Assembly: GCF_006345805.1 (NCBI RefSeq)
Contig: NW_021826242.1
Span: 1-43,248, forward strand
Origin: Octopus sinensis
Lineage: Eukaryota
DNA length: 43,248 bases
Direction: 5' to 3'
The translations under genes and the position numbers were made by a program. The notes under the pieces were generated by a model. That model worked only from the letters and a program-made list of their open reading frames with translations. It was not told the origin of the DNA and made no database searches. Shown here piece after piece: positions 35,826 through 43,248 of this stretch. How positions within the stretch are numbered: position 1 is the first letter of the stretch; every line of letters begins with the position of its first letter.

Positions 35826-36109
35826 TTTACCATTTACTATTATACCAAAAGATTTGAATAAACAAGATCTTGAATTTAGAATGCACAGTGCTATTAAAGA
35901 TACTGAAACTCTACTAATTCCGTTACTTCCCTGCCCTGGCTGGTTCATGAATTTAATAGCGCCAAGAAAAGATGGAAGACGAAGTTGACCAACGCGTAAT
36001 TTGAAATTAAATTGAAGAGAAACGGAAGAAGTAACCACAAGCCCCAAACCCTGAGCTCTTCTCCGGTTCGCTGTAATATTGGTTTTAAATTTTGGCACAA
36101 GGACAGCCA

Positions 36110-36295
36110 TTTCGGGTGAAAGGTTAAGTCGATTATATCGACCCCAGTGCTCAACTGGTACTTTAATCTATCGACCACTGAAAGATGAAAGGCAAAGTCG
36201 ACCTCTGTAGAATTTGAATTCAGAACTTAAGGACAGATGAAATGGCTTTTATCTTTTTACCCGCTATGCTAACGATTCTGCCATTTTACCACCTT
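36110..36295 (-). mobile_element. Degenerate SINE A
   Basis: Reverse complement of the family A body and head. Confidence 0.75.
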
Positions 36296-37565
36296 AATAC
36301 AATAGAAGTGTACTATTACTGTACTATTACTGTACTATTACACTAAGAGATTTTAACTGACGCCCTTTCGAACTTAGAACGCACAGAACTATAACAGATA
36401 CTGATGATGTACTAGTTCCTTTAGTTCACTGCCCTGGCTGGTCCATGATTTTATTAGCGCCAAAAAGATAAAGTTAAACCTTCAATTCAAATTGATCTTA
36501 GAGAGAAGAGCTACGAGAAACATCATTACAGGACCGAAACCCTAACGTCCCCTCCAGTTCGTTGCCTTTCAATGTGGTTAATTTAGATTATACTTTTGCT
36601 ACTATATAATATTAATACCTGAACGATGCTATATAGAATTAAAACTGTTGATGCTCAAGATTTAGGGACTGATTTATCTCTTGTCACAGTTATTTGAATT
36701 TAATGCATTTAAATTTTGACCTTTTCAATATTTCATGCCATTGCCCTACGGGCATTGCACGAAAGATATCTGAACCCTCCTCTGTAACATTTCTGTGATT
36801 TGCGCATACATATCTAAACAGTTTGTTTTGTAGTTATTTATTGCGATTTTGTTCTAGAAGAAATACTGCTACATCTAAATTCCTTAAAGCGGTAATTCTT
36901 TGCAGAGAAATGACATTCGTAGGAAAATTTAATGATTCTATATTTATCCAGTGAATCGCTATCCATTAATGCGGTATTATATGACAATGCATAAGATATA
37001 AACAAATACTCGTTTTTCCCAATGTGAGCAAGGAAAACGAAACACAGATGAGAATGTAGTTTATAGACTTTCTGTTGTCAGCATATTTCACGAGTTCTCA
37101 ACACATATTCGTTATCAAAATACTGAAACATACGGCTTGTTATAAAAAGATATCACATTACACCATTATTGGTTATCTTTGTAATCCAGTAAAACTTCAT
37201 TTAATAATTCAGAACCGATCTCTTACTCGTTAGTTGTTTTTTTTACAAATGCGTTAATGGCGAAGACACAGTAAAACAGTATTACATCACATATGAAAAC
37301 TCCCTGTAATATCTATTTTATCGTGGAACATGAACTCTGCTCAAAGACTCGCTTTAATGGAACAAGCTGTGTTGACTCTTTACTCTGTACTCTTTTACTT
37401 GTTTCAATCATGTGGCTGTGGCCATGCTGGAGCACCGTATGATGAGGAGCATTACTGATCTTGGAACTTGTCTCTTTCAAATTAATACTTTAATCTAATC
37501 GCTCAATAGATTGAGCTCCACGTTGTGGTTTCTTGAAAAAAGTTCACCTCTATAATTTTTTAGTA

Positions 37566-37610
<45 letters not shown>

Positions 37611-37732
37611 TTATTTAAAAGCAGCAGAAATTCAACAAATCCAGTTACTCGGAGTTTCACGTTCCCGTTCGTCGGACAGTTTGTGAAACAACGAGTAACA
37701 GGTTTTGTTGAATTTCTGCTGCTTTTAAATAA
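37611..37732. repeat. Inverted repeat (41-bp arms), probably Penelope pLTR-derived
   Basis: 37611-37651 versus 37692-37732 with about 2 mismatches; inner GTTTCAC/GTGAAAC stem. Confidence 0.92.
37637..37682 (-). ncRNA. Minimal type-I hammerhead ribozyme motif at the hairpin apex
   Basis: AAACUGU-CCGACGA-ACG(GGAA)CGU-GAAA-CUCCGAG-UA/ACUGGAUUU; near-palindromic stem III ACUC-C-GAGU; the other arm carries the better-pairing stem I strand ACAGGUUU. Confidence 0.6.
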
Positions 37733-37808
37733 AGCATATTACTCTACCCCTAGTATTTTGGGTACTATTTTTTCCACCTTGTTTCACATTTATGTGTTTA
37801 CTCCGGTA

Positions 37809-37844
<36 letters not shown>

Positions 37845-38347
37845 TGTATGTAGTATGTATGTATGTATGTATGTATGTATGCATGTATGTATGTATGTAT
37901 TTATTATTTTGTTATGTATATATATTTGTATGTATTCATGTATATACGTAATATTTTATTTTCAGGTATACACCTCGTTGTATGCCGCTTAATGTCCGTT
38001 CACAGTATTCGGTTATCTGATGTTAACAATAGCGTGGAGGTATATATCATTGAATTTAGGTCAGGAATTCGATTGCGTCTGTAAATTTTATTAAAAAATG
38101 AGAAAAGAAATGGAATTCAAGAGTCTCGAGAATTCCAATTTCTTTGTCTTAAATCATATATGTATGTGTGTGTTTGCGTGGATGAATGTATATATGAGTC
38201 TGTGTGTTTGTACATGCATACATACACACAATTATATATACATATATTATATATACATTGTAACGGACATCATATATCTCCTAAAATTAGGTAAATGTTC
38301 TTCTGGTATGCTGTAGTAGTAGTAGTAGTAGTAGTAGTAGCAGCAGC

Positions 38348-38380
<33 letters not shown>

Positions 38381-39249
38381 GGTGGTGGTGGTGGTGGCGG
38401 CGGCAGTAGTTGTTTTTTGCTATTGGCGTATCTTTTTTTTATGCTTACCTTTTTGCGTTAGTTTTTGTCAGTTTTTATTATATATATATAATTTAATTTT
38501 TTTTTTTAATAATTTTTTTTTTCCTGGCAGAAGGTGTGAAATTACTCTGAAACTTTGTCACCGAATAATTTCTGTTGAGGGATTTTAACTCTGAGATGCG
38601 TATATAAGATATAATATTATTCAAGAATATTTCTTTACATTCAAAGACAGGTATCCACAATAGTCAAAACATGATATTCCACCTGAATACATTTTTCCTG
38701 CGGAAATATATTCTGGATATTAATATTTGTTCCGTTCTATTTTCGTATTTTTTTTTAACGTTCACCTGTATTCTTGATATTTCTTAAAGATTCTTCCATG
38801 GGAGCGCATCTTAATATTTTTTCGGTTTGAAAATTCCGACAAGATTCCTGGGAGATCTCACCTGATGCAATTTTCATTGGATTTACTGAAATAATTTTTA
38901 TGGACAGATTTTTGGCAAATATTTACATAAGACACGAAGAAAATCTTAATTTGTTTCCGTTCCTTAATCTCTCAACGAATATTAGTGAAAATAGAAAAAT
39001 TCACATGGTGGAACTCACAAACATGCGCACACATATGCAACACGCTGTCACATATTGATGCACAAATAAATTTTCTCGTTACCTTATACTCTATTTTTCT
39101 CTCTATCACACGTACGCACAGAGAGCCTCATTGACGCGCACGAATACACCACAAGAAGAGTTTCGACTGTACCGGCATGTACACGTGTGAGCATGCGTAC
39201 ATACATATACATAGGTATATGTATATATATAATGTATGCGTCTATATGT

Positions 39250-39298
<49 letters not shown>

Positions 39299-39299
39299 A

Positions 39300-39464
39300 G
39301 GCGCAGGAGTGGCTGTGTGGTAAGTAGGTTGCCTACCAGTAACATGGTTCTGGGTTCGTTCCCAGTGTGTGGCACCTTGGGCAAGTGTTTTCTGCTATAG
39401 CCTCGGGCCGACCAAAACCTTCGTGAGTGGATTTGGTAGACGGAAACTGAAAGAAGCCTATCAC

Positions 39465-39527
<63 letters not shown>

Positions 39528-39764
39528 TGTGTGTATACATATATATGTGTGTGTGTATATGTATATATGTATATGCTTGAGTTTGTGTTTGTTCCTCCGA
39601 TGTTGGTGTGTTTACGTCCTCGAAACTTAGCGGTTCGGTAAAAGAGTCCTATAGTACTAGGGTTACAAAGAATAAGTCCTGGGGTCGATTTGTGCGACTT
39701 AAAGGTGGTGCTCCAGCATGACCGCAGTCAAATGACTGAAACAAGTTAAAGAAAAAGAATAAGA
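39300..39764 (+). mobile_element. SINE B, full length, with internal TA/TG microsatellite
   Basis: GGCGCAGGAGTGGCTGTGTGG head through AATGACTGAAACAAG tail. Confidence 0.9.
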
Positions 39765-40174
39765 GGATGTATATATATGTGTGTGTATATATATATGTAT
39801 ATATATACATGTATAATAAATGCACATACACGCGCATGTATTTTTTGATGATTTTGTTATACAATGTTAGCTAATATACACGCTTGAAGTGTGTGCGTTC
39901 TATTTATTTTTATACACCATATACATACATACGAACATACATATATAGCTAAATTATTTCAGTCATGCGTACGTACATACATACATAATATATACATACA
40001 TATATACACATATAGATAGATTCAAAGACACATGTCCACTAGCCCAGTTATCTACCTACTAACACCTTACCCACCTACCTCCCTACATACGTGCATATAT
40101 ACAAATTTATCTCATTATACATATGTTTTTGTGTGTGTGCATGTGGGTATATATATATGTGTATATATGCATAT

Positions 40175-40205
<31 letters not shown>

Positions 40206-41528
40206 CATGCACTCCCATCCTTATGTGTATATTCATAAGCACGTACGTACACACACACACCTCGCATACACTCACATATATATTCTTGTGTGTAGGATGG
40301 CAAGATACGTGTACATTCAGGCGTTAATATTAAGATATTGCTGTACACAAAAAATGTTTTCTAGTCGCAATAAAACTTTTTTATGACTGTATTGTCATAA
40401 AATTGTAAAGAAGTGGACTTTAGTGAATTCTATCGGGGTCCAAGATGAGACCGCATTTTGACTTTGTACAATTAATTGCTATCTTTGAACACCTCTGAAA
40501 TCTGAACATTACATAAATACACACGATATGTGCATGCGCAGTTTTTTCTCTCTCTTTCCCTCTCACTGTCTCTCACATTCTATTTCATTCCTCTCTCTCT
40601 TTCTCGCTCTTACTCGGGCTCTCTCTCTTTCTCTCTCTGTCTCTCCTGTTACTGTTTCTCTCAAACAATGGCTATGTTTCTCGCAAACAATGATTACATC
40701 CATCCATAGTTATTCAAACACCATTCTGAAAGCCAGATACAGGCAACATTTATCGAGAAGCGGGCTGCATGAGACATTGTTAATCTCAAAGCAGATCGCA
40801 TTATCAAAAATATTCGAGGTAAGTTTTTGTTGGTGTGCAAAGCAAAAAGTCTCGCGGGCTGCAGTTTTCCAATAGCTGCTTTAAACGCTTGCCTTCCTAT
40901 GAATGTATGAATATAGAGCTGCAAAATTTTCCTAAATCAATAGCTATTTATCACCAGCCAAAATGGGAGCGAAACATGATCCCTGCAATCGCTAACCGAA
41001 AGACGCTGGAGATTTTATGCAAATATTAACTCTCACTGTTGTCACAGGACATGGTTTCTTTTAGGGTTATCTCCCTTAGTTTTTAACTGTAATGGAAGCC
41101 TGTTTCATGAGGCAGTGAAATCAGTGCAAGATACAGGCTTCTAACTTCCTGACGCATTACTTAGGCAGATATACACATAATACCAAGACACTCTTGAGTG
41201 CCACTGGTGACATGTAACGTAATACAACCATTCACGTGACCTTCTCGTAGGTGACTAAACTGGAAACCTCAGTAAGCTTGCTAAGTGAGGAGGGTGACTT
41301 TCACACATTGCGGGATTAAAAGCAAAGCCCGCCACAAGGAGGTGGAACTCATAGGCGTCAACAGCCATCAAATAGAGACTATATTGAGAAGTTAACCTCA
41401 ATGGCAAAAGATCCCCGAGCCAGGGTCGCAGCGAAGTCATGGGAAGCAGCATAGCAGATGTAAAGATGAGCGTATTGAATTTCATTCGGCAAATCTACAC
41501 GGCATAAGCTTGCATATATATATATATA

Positions 41529-42438
41529 TATTGGGTTGGCAACTAATTCCCGCCGTTTTTTTAAATTTTGGAATTCATTGCGTTTTTAAATTTTGGAATC
41601 TATTTTGTTTTTTTTTTCTAGTTAATTTTAGTTAATTTTTGTTCATTTTCAAATCATTAAAATGGAAAGTCAAGTTAAGAAAAACGAGCATTTTAGACAC
41701 CTCCTTCTTTTTGCTTTTAATCAAGGTTCTAAGGCCGCAAAGCTGTTCTCGACATTTGTGCTGTCTATGGAGAGTGTGCCATAGCTGAAAGAACCGCTCG
41801 TGACTGGTATACCAAGTTCAAGAATGGAAATTTTGACCTCAAAGACGCACCTCGTTCTGGCCGTCCAGTTGAGTCCGATGAAGAGCGATTAAACCAACTT
41901 TTGCACGAAAATTCTCGTCAAACGGCAAGGGAACGGGCAGAGAAAATGGAAGCTCCCACACTGCTATAGAGAAGCATCTTCACTCGATGGGAAAGGTTCA
42001 GAAGAATGGAGCATGGGTTCCGCATGCTTAAGTGACAACAACAAAAATCAACCAACCACAAACTCCGCTGGTTTGCTTGCTCGTCACCGCTCAACTCATA
42101 GACACAAGCAACGATTTCTTTACCGAATCGTTACTGGCGACAAAAAATGGTGCCTGTACGTCAATATGAAGCAGCGTAAAAAATGGCTTAGCCCCGGTAA
42201 ACAAGCGACACCGCGCGAGAAACAAGATCTTCATCCACGTTAAACGATGTTATGCGTATGGTGGGACAGGAAAGGGATTATCCATTACGAATTGCTTGAA
42301 CGGAACCAAACGGTCAACGCGGAACTCTGTGTTCAACAGATCGAACTACTCAACACGGCTATTCAACAGAAAAGACCTAATCGGCAGCATAGAGTTCTTC
42401 TGCGGCACGACAACGCCCGCCCTCATATCTCCAATATG
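41529..42438 (+). pseudogene. 3'-truncated mariner element with disrupted transposase
   Basis: Left TIR TATTGGGTTGGCAACTAA; MESQVKKNEHFRHLLLFAFNQG, DAPRSGRP, WVPHA(L), IVTGDKKW, HDNARPH motifs; frameshifts and stops; third catalytic Asp and right TIR absent. Confidence 0.92.
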
Positions 42439-42642
42439 TTGAAAAAGTTCCTGGCTTTGGATAAAAGAAAATACAGGGGGATCAGTTAATTAAGATTTTA
42501 TACAACACATTCCCTTCTCCGATTTACACACTTATTATAGCAGTCCTTCAGTTTTTCTAAGCCCTGAAAAAGAACTCGGAAATTTGGGTCTCCAACCAGA
42601 CCTTTCACGACACCTTTAAGGCAAGTAACTTTTCTGTATTCC

Positions 42643-42648
<6 letters not shown>
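42439..42648. mobile_element. Degenerate second copy of the 212-bp mariner MITE
   Basis: AAAAGTTCCTGGCTTTGG...; minus-strand C-terminal relic GLEKLKDCYNKCVNRRRECV. Confidence 0.7.
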
Positions 42649-42673
<25 letters not shown>

Positions 42674-42719
42674 TTGTCGTATTTATGTATATGTATGTAT
42701 ATATATATATATTATATAT

Positions 42720-42751
<32 letters not shown>

Positions 42752-42899
42752 GTATATACATACATACACACATATACATATATATATACACACGTATACA
42801 TATACACACGCACTCCAACGCACCCACGCCCACACCGCCATACACCCCCTACACGCGAACTCACAAACATATATACGGCAGGCCTCCACACATTCTCTA

Positions 42900-43010
42900 C
42901 ATTCACTTATAAGGAATTGGTCAGGCCGAGGTATAGTAGAAAACACTTGCCCAAGATCCCGCTCAGTGAGATTGAACCTGAAACTATGTAGTTGTAAAGC
43001 GGGCGCACTA
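42900..43010 (-). mobile_element. SINE B 5' fragment
   Basis: GGCCGAGGTATAGTAGAAAACACTTGCCCAAG. Confidence 0.7.
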
Positions 43011-43248
43011 AGCACACATACACACACACACACACACGCACGCACACACACACACACACACACACATACGCACATACACACACACATACATCGCCGATGT
43101 AGATTTTGTTAACGTGTTCGGTCTAACCGCGGTCCGGATTATATTAATCTCCATTAATATATATTGTTGTCCAAACGCTGGTCCAGTTCAATACCGGGAG
43201 CAATTGGCCCTTTATTTTATTTGTTTGTTCCCTTTTTCCTTCCTTCCT

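Noticed and set aside
36404-36430. CTGATGA heptamer
   Set aside because: No stem II or GAAA follows
35895-36560. Diverged direct repeat of about 170 bp (35895-36070 versus 36398-36560)
   Set aside because: Appears to be two old SINE A-related fragments rather than an LTR pair; no PBS, PPT or TG..CA ends seen
37966-38084. Candidate exon after TATTTTATTTTCAG
   Set aside because: Weak donor, unrecognised peptide, and the pyrimidine tract derives from simple sequence

Overview
Repeat-saturated, AT-rich non-coding animal DNA. The SINE families look like those of Octopus (recognition from memory, not a search). I find no recognisable host protein-coding gene; nearly all ORF-track entries are translations of microsatellites or SINEs. 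Identifiable content: a 5'-truncated, degenerate L1/Tx1-clade LINE; several mariner derivatives; non-autonomous Helitrons, three of them in tandem; dozens of tRNA-type SINE copies from about five modular families; Penelope-like remnants with minimal hammerhead ribozyme (HHR) motifs; and long microsatellites. Two signals stand out. (1) A SINE variant whose 3' tail resembles the 3' end of the adjacent Tx1 LINE lies directly before GGTATTT in 3 of 4 copies, twice at the same position inside its own parent SINE family. (2) Three unrelated minimal type-I HHR motifs with palindromic stem III occur, two of them at the apex of long fold-back inverted repeats. All alignments were done by eye and repeat boundaries are approximate unless a TSD, TIR or terminus is quoted.
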